From assembly GCA_002269645.1 (NCBI GenBank), contig NIVC01000721.1:62001-126000 (forward strand): DNA of 64,000 bases, read 5' to 3'. The DNA is from Macrostomum lignano (lineage: Eukaryota). Numbering within the stretch: the stretch's first letter is position 1; the number at the start of each line of letters is the position of its first letter. Made by a program: the position numbers and the translations under genes. Of this stretch, positions 1-14,400 are shown piece after piece. The notes beneath the pieces are model-generated. The model worked only from the letters and a program-made list of their open reading frames with translations, was not told the DNA's origin and made no database searches.

Positions 1-594
1 TGGCGTCAATGGAAGAATTCCTGATAAGGATTTTGGCATTACCCAGGCACATAACATTTAGACAACGATTTAACTTCAGCAAATCGGCAACCGATATATC
101 ACAGTACGAGCGTATTTTTTCGCGCTAAACATTTTACAGCATGAGCATAGGAACGGGGCTAGCAGGCTTGGCAGAATAAGTCTAAAGACAAAAATTAAAG
201 TGGTTTCATAACAAAAAACTGGTGAAGCCATTGCCCCATTTGCCTCTCTCTGTTCCTTATACGCCTATGTCTTGACTACGCCTAGGTCTATCAGATGACA
301 CTGACAAATCTATCAGAGTCCATTCTGGTAACCTGAAAAAGCTCAGAGCTGATCATGTGACATCCCTTTGTTTCTGTGGAATGCACAATAGAATGGCTGA
401 AACCCACCGAATTCCCTCCTTTGCAGTAAACCTCCAACAGATGAAAAGCAGCCTATTCGTCTACTTGGGAGGTAAAACAATTTACCAGAGCTACCATCCA
501 GTAAATTTGACACTTGTGAGTTGATAATCTTGTCTTTTATTAAGATGCACAAGGACATGAGCTCCGGGTTAACAAAAGATGCTTCCCCTTTCAG

Positions 595-829
595 TGGAAT
601 GCAACCGGAATGCGAGGCAGCTTTAAGCAGGCCCTAACCTCGGGGATCAACAACTACTGCCTAAGCAATTCACCGCTGTGCTGTTCGAACGCCAGCCAAC
701 CTGTCGGTGGTGCATTTGTTCAGGCGGAGAATTTTCACGACACTGACAACTATCCTAGCCAAGAGATTGACGGAACAATGGTGGCTGCGGTGCACTACAC
801 TCTGAGTACTACTGTGGCAATGCAGTGCA
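595..829 (+). CDS. Internal exon of an upstream paralog of the CAP-EGF gene (C-terminal CC-motif domain); the rest of the gene is not resolved or lies outside the window
   Basis: ttcag acceptor at 594 and gtaagt donor at 830. Translation WNATGMRGSFKQALTSGINNYCLSNSPLCC...FHDTDNYPSQEIDGTM..VHYTL aligns by eye with exon 4143-4392 (WNDTLLKESTRTHLTDAINSYCNANFSTCC...FHVADSYPIQAIDGSM..VYYTM). Confidence 0.75.
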
Positions 830-2582
830 GTAAGTCGAGTTAAATGAGACGCAGCTTATCAATACGAGAATGCGGAACCCTTCAGGCCGTTTCTCTGTTT
901 CAATCTGGCGCATCTGAACTTAAATTGTACACTTTTATGGCTCCACCGATTCCAACAGAAGACCGTCAAAGCCTGATCTAAAGCCAAAATCAATAACGGA
1001 TCATGCATTCTAGCTGCCGCTCAAATCATTGATAGCAATGGAGCATCCGCTTATAGTATTGTATTGATAGGCCGTGTCTATAGCAATACACGGCCCTAGC
1101 TTTACTATATCGAAACCAAAAGTGGTAAAGCGACATATATGGTAACTAACGACACAATATCTGACACAAATGCTTGCTAAAAATGCCTCACTTCAAGAAC
1201 CATATACAAGGCAGACGACGCTGTGCGACGAGAATGCACAGAGATGGCAATATCTGCTGTCAAGACAGCTCTCAAGCGAAGGCTAACAGAACCTGCTGTA
1301 ACAGAAAAAACTCCGGGAGCGGCCTACAGAGGGCGATTGGAATCATCGCTGCCCAGTCATTACATTGAACCCCCGTTGAAGTGGCACATCCATGCTCTAC
1401 AGTACGCATCGAGATGCACATTTGCACAAACTGACCAACAAATTTCGCTCACTTTTACGACAAGTTCGTTTCAGTCAACCAGTATTCGAACAGAAGAGTG
1501 AAAGGACTGCACTGTGTTGTACGAGCATACTGTGCACTTAGTCATGCTACAGGAAGCGGCAACAGATTTTGTGTAATGACTTTTTTAACCTTAGGTTTAA
1601 TCTTAAAACATTGCTAGCAATAGATCGTAAAGGCTATTACGTACTACATTATTTAATTCATTCGCCATTTTCCGTGCTGCAAACGCCAAAGCCCGAGTCA
1701 AGTGAATAGTAAGTTTTCTAGTCGCAGGTTGACAAAACTGTACATTATTAATACTCTACTCTTCCAGATAGTGGACTGCCATTACTGAACAAAAGCATCT
1801 TGTTGGAAGCGTGGAAGACAATCGAAACTGAATTGAAACAGGCAGTGCTGCAGGAGTCCGGACTCAATGTGGTTCGCATTGGTTAAGCAGCATGTATTCA
1901 AACTGCATACAGATTGTCCAGACTAACGATTCTTTTGTCTTAGATCAATTAACTATTTAAGTGCTATTTACTCGTAATTGGGCGATGGTTGATATGTTAA
2001 TTATACGAGTACCTGGCATGCTAAAACTTCACGCATAATTATCAAAGGTCTTTTAGGGGCTTGTTATTACCAAATATGTATACTATAGCTTATTTCACGG
2101 TGAATGACTACTATTTTCTGTTTATCCCGTTACGATGTGCAAATAAGGTCAATGGAGAAAAATACAGTGAGTCAAAAGTTAATAAAAATACAGCTCAGAA
2201 TTGTATCAAATTTCCGCCCATGTTTACTAGACTTCGACACTACTCTTAGTACAATGAACAGCTTTTTGTAGTTTTTTGAATTTTCGAGAAGCCGACAGAG
2301 TCAAGAGAGTACATACACAAATGACTACATGTGTAAAGTCAATAAGCGCCGAAAACAGAACTATTTGGCATGAATCGAGCCGGATACACACAGTTGCGGT
2401 CCCCTTTATTCCTGGCGATTTGCGTGATTACATTTATTAACAGGTGCTTCCTGATTACGGACGACACTCTGGAAAACAGTTTGCATCACCTTACAAGTCT
2501 ATATAATAACGCAGAAAATCGCACACCGAAAACCAACTCACACAGACCAACTGGCTCAAGCAAGCAACTTCCCAGGTACAAC

Positions 2583-4729
2583 ATGGACACCACGAAATCG
2601 CTCTGTCTGTGCGCATTTCTGGCCTTTGCATTGGCTATCCAAATTGGCAGGTGCAAACTGACCGAGCAGGAGAGAAACGATACGCTCAATTTTATCAACC
2701 ATTTAAGACGAAATGCTGTGCCACCGGCCGCCGACATGAATGGACTAGTGAGTGAAAAAACCACTTATTTTACTCAACAGTAGCTACATTGGCGTAGGAT
2801 TTATATGAAACTCATAAGAAGCTGCTGATTTTTAACATTATCACTAGATTTGGGACACCAGGCTGGAAAACTTGGCTCAGAGGGCGGCCAACAGTTGCGT
2901 ATTCGAGCACAACTACGGTGGCGATTATTCCTCCCTTGGCGAAATCCTGTACCTAGGCTCCAGGCAGAACTTCAGCGAGATTCTTGTCTTTATGTTTCTG
3001 GAGCGAGAGCAGTATAACTACACTAATGGCGCCTGCGTCACGGGCTCGGGCAAGTATCCGTTCTTTTCTACCTGCGGTCACTATCTGCAAATTGTAACTG
3101 CCGGTGTTAATAAGGTCGGCTGCGGCATACAATACTGCAGCGGGAACTACCTGGGCGTCTGCGAGTTTGACAGGTGCGTTTACTTTGCCGAAGTGCACTG
3201 ATGAGCGATTCCATACAATCACCGAGCCGTTTCTACTCGTGCATGTGTTAGTCAAGCAGTCAAGCATGCTACCAGTAGAAATGGCCAGGTGATTGCAAAG
3301 CATGATCCCGATGGTTTATTCTTCTCCCAAACCAACCAGGGAGTGGTACGTGCCTCCTTATCAAACCGGAGAAGCTGGAACAAAGTGTGGCAATGGCTAT
3401 GCGACCTACTTCAAGGACGGGCTCTGCTATTCCATTCTAGTAGGCGAAACGCCACCTATACCAGGGCCATTCGGTGAGAGACAGTGCTTAAAACATGTTT
3501 GTTTTATATCCAAGTAAACTTATCAAACAAACCCCATCCAAACGAACTGATTAAATTCCAGAGTGCAAGCTGAGCTGTCTAAACTATGGCACGCTGATGA
3601 CTTCGCCATTTTGCTCGTGTTCATGCCCAGCTGGTTACTACGGAGTCAGATGCGAAAGTGAGTGCGAAAGGAAAAGTAGACCAGTCATGAGAATGGATGC
3701 TTAAAGCACTATTAAAAGCTGAGTAACTAAGTAGCTAATCTACTTTCAGCAAAGAACATCTACTTCGCAAGCACCATTCCGAATGACTGCAAGGCACAGG
3801 CGGTGACCTGCAAGAATGGTGGCTCACCAACCATGACTGGCACAACCTGCAAGTGCGTCTGCCCAGCAAATTTCGAGGGAGAAAGTTGTCAGAGTAAGTA
3901 GCATGCAGTCTTCTCTATTCTAAAAGCACCAAGCCTTCCAGAAAGTGAACGCATCTTAAACCTTTTCAACTCCAATCTGCAGTTAACAAGGTACAGGAAA
4001 GCAACAGTTTGGCCATTTACTTTGGCGGCGAAATGCGATACTCAAGCTATTACCCGATTAAAATGTCAATCGTAAGTGCAAAAACACAGCTTTTTTCGAT
4101 ATAACAAGCCAGGAAATCAGCTGACAATTTTTTGTCTTTCAGTGGAATGACACATTGCTAAAGGAGTCAACCAGAACTCACCTGACAGATGCAATAAATA
4201 GCTACTGCAATGCCAACTTTTCCACTTGCTGTCCCAGCTCAACAGCCAGCTCGTTGCCAGCAACAATTCAACATTTTGCCACTTGCGAGGACTTCCACGT
4301 TGCTGATTCCTATCCGATTCAGGCCATTGATGGATCAATGAGGGTTGACGTTTACTATACTATGCAGCCAAGTGTGGACAATGTATGCAATGGTAAGACG
4401 TTTCTTGAAATAAATTCTTCCTTCCATTTATATAATTGTCTTTCGAAGAAGCAACCCTAGAACAAATTTTACAAGTAGTTCCCTTTGAGAAATAGCTCTC
4501 CAAATGCTCCATACAATGCTCTACTTTCTCACTGTTCTACGAGCTAGATGATATAAAGGGATCAATAAAAATCGATTACTAAAAACGATTATCTTTAACC
4601 TTTCCAATTGCAGGTAAAACCAACAGCTACGTCAGCAAGGCCATAATTAAGTCAGCCTGGACTACAGCAATGAAAAATATCAATGCAGCCATTTCTGCTA
4701 TTGGATTGAAGGCAATCAAAGCTGACTAA
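2583..4729 (+). CDS. Secreted CAP/SCP/PR-1 domain protein with two EGF-like repeats and a C-terminal domain of unknown type (8 inferred exons)
   Basis: Signal peptide MDTTKSLCLCAFLAFALAIQIGRC. CAP motifs INHLRR, IWDTRLENLAQRAANSCVFEH, CGHYLQIV, VGCGIQYC. EGF-like CLNYG..CSCSCPAGYYGVRCE and CKNGG..CKCVCPANFEGESCQ. Hand-inferred GT-AG exons: 2583-2747, 2848-3173, 3340-3473 (acceptor least certain), 3562-3657, 3750-3893, 3983-4071, 4143-4392, 4614-4729 (TAA). Confidence 0.85.
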
Positions 4730-7208
4730 GCCTAATGGAAAGTAAAAACTTACATTTCAATAAAACAATCAATGGACAATTAACCTTTGGTTTGTGGTTT
4801 TTACTCACTTGCACTTAACAACCAATTTGATTAAAAAAAAACACTCTAATAAACAAAACTTATGTAGCTTTAGCAATTAGCAAATGCTGTTTGCTTTTTA
4901 AATGTTGAATGATTTGTTGATTTGTTGATTTGAATGAATGTTATTATTATATATCTATTCACTAAAATTATTTCTAGGAAATTAAAGACAATAATAAAAA
5001 ATCATATATTCTGAATAATCTGATGTCAATTAAATGGTTTATGGATAGGCAAAAAAGTATGCTAGGGATAAAACTATACCTAAATCATATTTTGCTTCAA
5101 AATATATCCTATACCTAAACTCAAGTTTAGTTATTTCTTAAGATAAAAAAAGAAATTTAAATTTAAATTATAATGGAAAAGCTAGAACAATTTTAAAGAT
5201 GAAATTATTAATATACAAAAAAAGTTTTAAAAGCTAAAATAAAAAAATCTTTTTTCTGTTTTCATTAAAAAATACGGAAATATTGATTTCTAACTATGAA
5301 CATAAGAAATTAATGTATACCTATATATGCAATTATAGAGACAAGCATTCTAGAAACTTCTATACTCTCATTAAATGCCAGATTTGGCAATTTTTTAAAA
5401 AACTTTTTAATATATACTGTATCAAGTTTGTAAATAAATGCATATATCCCATAATAGCATAACTAAGACTCTTACTACTATTGCTCTGCTTTACTACTAT
5501 CACTATTACAATATTTAACTACATATATATTTCTCCTTGATGCTAAGCATTTCTTAAACTAAACAAAAAATTAAAAACATTGCTTTTTTAGTTTAAAGAA
5601 TTGTTGTTGCTATTAAGCCAACTGAATAATTCTAGTGGACTATTTAGTAAATTAAGTTTGATAACTATAGTATATAGCAGAAAAGTGGGGTATATCAAAA
5701 TATAGGCCTCCCCCTAACACTAGATATTTAGGAAAAGTAAACATTAGCCATTACCTATATTGCTTTTCATTATCTACCAAATAATATAGTATCTGCCAGA
5801 GTATTTGCAAAAATAAAGAACAAAACAAAAAAAATTAAAACCGAATATAAGACACAATACCTTGTATATTTTCAGTCTGGCCAAACCAAAAAAAACAAGC
5901 TAATATTGATAGTGGCCTACTAGTCTTTTTCTTTCATAATGGCTTGCTTGAATAAATTTTATTCCTTCACCTCCTAAGGGTTGAATAAAGAGATAATAAA
6001 AATTTGAAAAAAATAAAGGAAAATGAAAAACTCTTCCTGCTGCCTAAATTGTCCGCATATCATTTACCATTTAAGCTGAAAAAGATATTAGTGAAAAAGA
6101 TATTTAAAGAATGCACCTATAGTTAGCTATAAAGCTTACAGAAATTGGTATTATTTGCTGAAAGCGAGCAAGTACTGTTAATGGATTGCGCGCGAGCGAT
6201 CAACTGGTCGCCAATCCACAACGCGATTTCGCATGACGTGCATATGTGCATGATGGTCACGTCAAGTGCGAATCCCAAAATTTTAAATGTAAATAAAAAG
6301 AAAAACCATTTGCTAATTTTTCATAAATTTGACTTTAACTAATCTACTTTGATGACAAAAGAAGTTTTACAGCCTTTGATATATAAAGAAAAGTTTTACT
6401 TACGACAGGTTTTGTTAACTTGCACTTAATTGTAACTTTTTAAACTGCCTTGCTTACAAGAAATAGTTTTCGTTTTTACCAAAACTGCCTTTGCCTGCCA
6501 TGGATTGTTTATTGTAATTGTATTGTCATAATTAAAAGACATCAAAAAAAGAAGATATAAACTGAAAATATGTTGCAAAACTATACCTCAGCATAAAATT
6601 AAAAGTAGGATTAACTCTAAAAGCACTCTAAGAGCTGTCATATCTTTGTATCTTTGTGAAGGAATTCCTTCCTTCAATTGTCAATTTTAATGACAAATGA
6701 GTAATAGAGACACGAACTAAGTGTGAGTGGCTGTTTACGAAGTCTAGACAGACAGCACATCAGTTCAAACTTCGAATAGAATAGAAAAATAGGGGAACTG
6801 GCAGCAAAGGAAAGTGGGGTGGTGGAGCTGGCCAACAGCGGGGGTACATATGTACGTTGAAAGGGCTGACTGTACAGTGGAATCGGACTCTCTGAGAATG
6901 CATCAAATTATGATAAAATATTTTTTAATTCTGGTTCCTCAGCATCAAATATTCTGAGATATTCCAGAAATTTGTTGAGGGGAAAATTCTGGAGGGTAAA
7001 GACCCCAGGGGGGGGGTAGAGGGGGCGGCTCTGTATTGTGGCAAAAATACACTTGGTCCTCCCTTTGATTTTCTTCAGGTCTCCACCTAAGGGGGCAACC
7101 ACTCCCTACCCCCCTTCTGGGTGCACCCTGTGGCCTGTGGTCTTAGACTAAACACCTCATCTAGCCTTCAAGTAGAAAAAAGTTGCCCACCCTTGCTAGA
7201 TATATATC

Positions 7209-7336
7209 TAGCAACAGTCAAAAGTTCTATCCACCAAACAAATATATATCTATTCACCTCTTACCATGCATTTTAAATGAAAAGTTTCTTACTAACTATG
7301 CGTGATTTGTACATGTGGAACTTTTGACTATTGCTA
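7209..7336. mobile_element. Small MITE-like element with ~19-bp terminal inverted repeats
   Basis: tagcaacagtcaaaagttc (7209-7227) versus gaacttttgactattgcta (7318-7336): 18/19 complementary. Confidence 0.55.
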
Positions 7337-8424
7337 AGTATATCAAAGATTATCATACTATTACAACATGGTCATAATTCACAACAAAGCACATTTAAAT
7401 TATGTTGAAATATCTAATATAAGTTATGTTATATAAGTGATATTATGTAAATAGATAACCAGAAATAAAAACAAATCTACATAAAATCAGGCAATAAAAT
7501 GGCATATTGTAGTAGCCTGTCAGTCTATAATTGGTATTCCTGCATGTTTAACTACTAGCTTGCCTAGTTGGGGGTTGGGTATACTTAGTTAGCCAGCCAG
7601 ACCAACTGATCTAAGTTGGGTTTTTCACTGACTTTAAAGCCTTTATTTTGATTATGCAACACCTTGCCTTTTAACTATCTTGCTCTCTTTAAGTAAACCA
7701 ACTTACCATTTTAGCACTTACTCAATCTGGGATATGCTTACTATTTGAAGGATGCTTGCTAGCTGAGTGATACTTGCTATGTAAGGGATGCTTACTATTT
7801 GGAAGGATGCTTGCTGTCTAGGAGACACTTTCTTTTTAAGGGAAATGCCTGCTATCTTTGTGAAGGCTTTATTTTGTTGTGTCCTTTTGTTACTTTTAGA
7901 AAAAAAGAGATTCATAGCAAACATCTTTATCTGTGTCAATTTTACTTGAATAAGGTGATTTATTAAACCAAAGAAAGAAATTATTTTTAAGAAATTGTGT
8001 TTTTTAATGGATTTGTGTTAATCATTTTTGCTCTTTGCTTGGTTGCCCCAAATGTGGCACTAGATTGCTAGTCAATTATGTTCATTTCTCATTTGGCCTT
8101 GCCTAATATATGCGAGCTGTCAAAATATTAGATTTTATTTACCATGATGTATAGTTATATAGTTAACAAGACAGATTAGTAGGAGAATATTTGATGGAAA
8201 TAAAATAAAAAAATTTGAAAACTCAGACATGATTTGAAAATTTTAATAAATGATCAATTAATTTTATGGAATCTTATACTCGTAGACTTACAACTTTTAA
8301 ACTTTTTTTTTGAAAGGTCTATTGTGCATTATTGTTTCTCATGTAGAAAACAGTTTAAAAAGATTGCTTTATACTTTCAATACTTTTACTGATTTCAGAT
8401 GACATAATACCCAGTACTAATTCA

Positions 8425-11400
8425 ATGCCATCAAAAAATCGAAACATAGGAGTTGATTGTGGAAATTGTAGCAAACGTTTGCTCCCCGCAAAGTTTGTTT
8501 GCTTTTTCTGGAAAGCAAAGAATGAAGTATATATATCAGTGAAAAACCAATTCAAAGTAGCTGCAATGGCTAGTTTGTACATTGAAAAGGTAGGAGCAAA
8601 GGATGAAGTACGATGTCAATTTTGCAATGCCAGTGTTGGAGTTCAGCTGCCATTCGGACCGCATGGTTCGAATTATATCTCATTAGGAAAGAAAAAAGTC
8701 ATTGTTGGAGGGATTCAATGTGAGCCAAACGACAAAGTTTCCCAGAAATTGATACCACGGCTAAAGAAACAAATCGATGAGGTGAACATGGACACCTTCT
8801 ATGGCAGATCAATAGTCCCTGATTTCGGCAACTGGTCCAGTCTAATAGCTCGCCAAGTCCCAGTTCAGTTCGCTTCGCCCTCTGCTCCTGAGCACTTCGA
8901 CTGGTCCGACCTCCTTGTATCGGACAAAGTGCCACGGACCTACCAGCTGGAGGCTTTCGTTGAGGCACTTCAGCGAGATCTTGTACTGGTGCTGCCCACT
9001 GGCTCAGGCAAGACGCTGGTGGCAGCTCTGCTGCTGGCTCGGATGCGAGCTCTGAACCCGGGACGGATGGGGGCCCTGCTGGTGGAGCGAGTGCCGCTGG
9101 TGTTCCAGCAGGCCAAGGCGCTGGAGGCGGACACTGGGCTAAAAGTGGCCGCGCTGTGCGGAGAAATTATGACCTCTTGGAAAATTCGAGAACTTCTTGA
9201 TGGAGCGCATGATTTGGTAAGCAATCTTGTTATTTTTAACTATTTACCCAAGTCTCGTCTCTCTTAACAAAAAAGCTTTTCCGGATCGTTTTAGGTGGTG
9301 ATCACGGCAGGCGCCCTGCTCTCCCTAATTACTAATCGGCGAATTCCAGACTTGAGCGCGTTTTCATGCATTGTAATCGACGAGTGCCACCACGCGAGTT
9401 CCCCGCGGCACAACTTCCCGCGCGTCCTTAAGCTGAACCACCAACTGCCAGAGGATATGCGACCTCGTTTGCTAGGCTTGACTGCATCGCCTGTTGAACC
9501 TGGAGACGGCGATTCCGAAGGACAGAAGAAACTGCGTCGTCTTTTATCATTTTTTTCTCCTGATTGCGTTGCGTTCCGACCTGCAAAAGCAGAGGAGTCG
9601 GCCGTGCAAACAGTGACCAAGCTCTGTCATCCGTCCTCGCTGCAGATACAATTCGCTGAGGACCTTAGCAAACTTTTAACAGATAGCAACGAAAAACTGA
9701 ACCTTGGCCTACCGATCGGAGAGTCGATGCCTGTGCCAAGCAACCGGCTGCGCATGCTGGCTGGTCAGCTGCGCGGCTTCATCTATAGCGGCCTGCCACA
9801 ATTTCGAAACAACCGAGAAGAGATTCGCGACCTGCTGTGTCTCCTGGCCGCCATGGAAGCATCCCAACTTGTTGGCGTCTCAAAGGCAGCCCCTTTTCTC
9901 GACGACCTTCGCTGCATTTCCACAGCCACCATGCGATTTCGCTCTGATCCAAACTGGCAGCTGGATGTTTCTGAGCGCATGCGGGTGGTCGAAGCCGAGG
10001 CCGCATCGCTGTTGCAGGTCGAGAACAAAGAGTCTCGACTTCTCGTGCTGACGTGGACTCGCCGAACGGCCCGACTGCTGCACGCGCGCCTGTCCGAGCT
10101 CTTCCCGAACCTCAGGCCCCAGCTGGTCGTAGGACGTGGTGGCGCAGACGGCATGGACTGGGACGGCGAGCAGTCAGTGGCTATCGACAGCTTCAATGAC
10201 GGCAGCAGTCGTCTGATTGTGAGCACAGCAGTGCTGGAAGAGGGTCTCGACGTCAGCGCGTGCGACGTTGTTATCAGGTTCGATGCAGCCAAGTCGCTTG
10301 TGCAGCTGTTGCAGAGCCGCGGCCGGGCGCGCAAAAAGGACAGTCGGTTCTTGATGGTCGTCGATGAAAACGAAGCGGCCGCTGCAACTGATTTGAGCGA
10401 AAGAGAAAATATGCTGAACCGTGTGGTGGACGATCACTCGCTTGAAAACGGGGTTCCATCCGAGCTGACGCGGCAAATGGTAAAGCATTTGGCTGAACGA
10501 AAGAGCCCTGTGCAAGCTGCTCGATCTGTTGTAGCTCACTACTCAATGGGATTGACGGGCAAAATGGGAGGCCAGATAATGGTCCAGCTATGCTGCCCCG
10601 AGTTGCAGAGGAAAGACTGCGATAAAGAAGCTTTAATGCTAAGTATTGAGAAAGAAAACTTCGTTAAAGTTCGCTCCATCGATTTGCTATTTGATCAGTG
10701 TGAGAATCATTCTTTGCCTTCTGGGTTGTTTCCACGAGACTCAACAGTCGCTGCCGTGTACTTGGAAACGCACTCAACTTTAGATTCTCCTCTTGGCATT
10801 TATCCCGAATTCGCGCGTCGTTGGTCATTCGAACTGAACAATAAGCCAATTTATGCGATGCCAGACGTGCGAAAAGTGGAAGATTCGGACGATGATTCCA
10901 TTAAAAAATCCGAACGAACAGTTCAGGCTCTTAGTTCCGTTGCTATTGGCCAGTTTCAGACAAAAACTAAAGTAGTTGAGGCGTTGCATATTTCGGAAGA
11001 AAATATCGAATTAGAAATAGATTCTAATCGCAATCTCATTTCAGTATTTTTTCGTGCTGCTGGAGTTTCACTGGTAGTATCAAGCATTGGTGGAACTAAC
11101 GGGTTTGCAATGGTGGACTGGTCCAAAGAATTGATTGCTTTACCTTTGGCAGTAGCGCCAACTATTCTAAAAACTGTGGAACAGGAGGATCAGCAAAACG
11201 ACTGGGATTTCAATCCGATTTCTTCTGAAAGCTTTTGCAACACTGAAGATCTTTCAGGAAAAATTCGTCAGAAATTTGAAACCAATTCTGTACTCATCCT
11301 GCATCTACCAAGAGCCCCTCGATCAGCTGAGCCCCTCGACTGGATGAGACTCCGTGCGACGTTTCCTCTGCCGCTGCTCGATACCCGACTTGAGTCCGAA

Positions 11401-14400
11401 GAGTATGCCTCCCCAGGGGAAAGTGAGACGCTCTTCGAATACTGTCATAGAGTTAAGCCATTCCAGGAATTGTCCGTCCGTGACAAAGCAGAGTTCCAGT
11501 GCCGCTGGCAAATGCAGGCTCTGATTGACAGCCGTCGCTTCCTCATCACTCAAGAATCAGCTGCAGGTATTGAAAATAGAATCGCAGCAGCTGCACAAGC
11601 AGACTCTAAACTCGATAACGACTGCCCAACAAACCTCATTAAACTGGCCAACGCACTGTTGACGTTGTCGGCTACTGGGGATGGCGAAGCCTTCTTTGAA
11701 GATGTGCTTGGAGACCGGCTGAACTCTGCGCTTATTGTTCTCGAGGTGACCGATGAGGATGCGGAAGACGCTGCTGTCGGTCCGCCAGTTGCATGTGGCT
11801 CAGTGCTCGTGAAGCGAGCTGCTGTGACTCCAACAAGAGTGGTATTGTTCCCCGCCACTCCCGTAGCATCGAGTCGCCTTCTGCGTCGGATCCCTCCAGA
11901 AAGACTCGTGATGGTCGCCTTCACCGACGAGTCATGCGGAGTCGTGCGAGGCGGCGGCGTCAATGTTGCCTCTGCTGCTTCAGTCGGTGCTCGATTCACC
12001 AAAGTGCTGCGGGACGGTCTGACTCTGGCCGGACGGAGGTACCGGTTTTTTTCGGCAAGCAGCGGTCAGCTACGAACGAGCCGGTGCTTCTTTGTGGCCG
12101 CAGAGTCTGTCGAGGAAGTGCAGCGACTGCGAGACCAGCTGGTCGAGAATCCGACAGAGTTCCGATCGGTTTCCAAATATCTGTCTCGACTGGGACTTTT
12201 CATACAGCTGACACATGGGTAGCCAAATTAGAGACCAACCAAGTATCGAAATGTATTGACCATCGAGCTCTCAATGACGACCTTCTGACGGACGGTGAGT
12301 ATCAGTTCGTGCATGTATATGAGCTTTAATGTGCATTGTGCACAGCAAATTTTGACCTCGCAAAGCATTCGCACATTGCAGGAAGCGGGAAAATCAGCTC
12401 AGAACTCGCTATGTCAATTAAATCCAAACTGGACCTGCCAGAGCTACCGTTTGCCTTCCAATTTCGCTTTGGTGGAGCCAAAGGAGTCCTGACCACTGTC
12501 TCCGATAAGGACCCAAATCTAGGACTTCAGCAAGGAATCTTGCTGAGACCATCCACTGTGAAGTTCAAAAGCTCAGACACAAACTTGTGCATTGTCGGAA
12601 CGTCTCAGTGCGGTAGACTTTGCCTCAACAGAGAGATCATCACTCTGCTGGAGGCGCTGGCCTCCAAGTGTGACAGCTGGAACCCGTCGCAACGTCTGCG
12701 AAACATTCTCGACGCGGAACTGCGAAAAATAGCCGAGTCTCTAGCGACTCCTTCGGCAGCCACCGCGGCACTTCGAGAATTTATTGACAAACCGAGCTTG
12801 GCAACAGCGAGTGTTGTGGAAGCTGCGCGACACTTCAACTTTCTGACCGATCCGCACTGGCTCGGTCTGCTGCGATGCGTTTTCCGATTTCGGCTGTCCG
12901 ACCTGCAGAAGCGAGCTGCTCTGCCAGTGGGCGACCTCGGTTGTCGCGTAATGGGCGCACCTGATCCGCTAGAAGTGCTGGCTGAGGGCCAGGTGTTTCT
13001 TCGAATCAAGCGGAAACCCAGTGATCAGGCTAAGCAGATTGAGGGTCCAGTGCTGATATATCGAAACCCATGCCTGCATCCGGGAGACGTTCGAGTGGTG
13101 CAGGCCGTGGCCAAACCGCAGCTGTGTGGGTGGCTTAACCTGCTGCTGCTTCCTTCGCGCACTGACTGCCGCCGCTCACTGGCTGCCGATTGCAGCGGCG
13201 GTGACCTCGACGGAGACCAGTTTGGAGTTGTGTGGGACCCGGAGCTCGTGCCGCCTCTAGAGGCAGTCCACGAACCTCTGGACTATGCGAAGCTGGCATC
13301 AAACGAGCCACAGCTACCCGAAGGAGCTGACGTTACGAACCCAGTCTTGCTGGCCAACTTCTGCGCACAGAACTTTGCGAACAGCTTTCTTGGTCGAGTA
13401 GCGAATTTGCACCTGGCCATTTGTGATCAGCTGCCTGGTGGCGCCCTCAACCAGTTGGCGATCGAAGTTGCAAAGGCTCAATCGGTCGCAGTCGACTTTC
13501 CAAAGACAGGAATCGTACCGGAGGTGCCTGAAGCAGCAGTAAAATTCGTTAAAGAGAAAGGCTACCCAGACTTCATGGAGCGCTCTGATTCCTACCCTTC
13601 AGATAAGCTTCTGGGTCAGTTGTACCGAAGATGCCGCTCCTGCGACCTGGATTGGGATCTGCTGGACTCGATCGATCAAGAAAATCAACAGTACGAGTAC
13701 GATGTGACATGGGCCGGTCAGGAGAAGTTTTTGAAAAGCGCCAGTCGGCTGTTTGAGCTCTACCGCTCTGATCTGCGGGCACTGATGTCGCAGTGGGGCG
13801 CAAGAAGCGACAGGGAGCTGCAGCTCGGTCGCTGCTTTCAGTGGCACCCGCTGCTTCGAACAGATCGTGGTCGCGCTCACATAGCCATGCGGCAGGGGTT
13901 TGACGCTTTGGGCAACAAGTACCGGCGAATATTCGATCAACTTGCTGGGGACGACCAGAACAAACGCAGAGCTCAGGCAGCTGCATGGTTTGCAGTGGCG
14001 TACAAAAGTGTCGGGACCTCGAAGGCGAAGAAGCCACGAGGTTTAAGTTTCCCGTGGGTCGTGACCGACGTTTTGTGTGAAATTCGGTCTCACGGCATGT
14101 CGACCTCTGTACTGCAGACCGGCAGCGCGTCACTGCAGTCAATTGATGAAGGTCTCGAAGTGTCGATCGGTCGCTCGGTCTTTGCCTTCTTCCGCAAATC
14201 TCTTCCGGGTCTGCGCGATGCAGTCGGTCGTGCCGACGCAGCCGCCGCACTGGTCAGCGGTCGCCTGTCCAGCAGTGTGCAGGAGTGCTCAGTTGCAAGG
14301 TGTATGGCTCAGCCTCGATTCTTGTGTGTGATGAGGCTTCATCAGACATCGACTTGTGTGTGCTACCTCTTGATAAAGCGTACTCTGAGCCGTGGCTTCC

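Noticed and set aside
1174-1501. Short ORFs between the two CAP paralogs
   Set aside because: No motifs or convincing splice structure.
6150-6280. CpG-rich patch with TGACGT-like palindromes as a promoter for the RdRP gene
   Set aside because: It is 2.2 kb from the ATG amid repeat fragments, and nothing in the sequence ties it to this gene.
8930-10350. Calling the large gene Dicer or a RIG-I-like receptor
   Set aside because: The helicase is of that type, but no RNase III, PAZ or CARD motifs were found; an RdRP follows instead.
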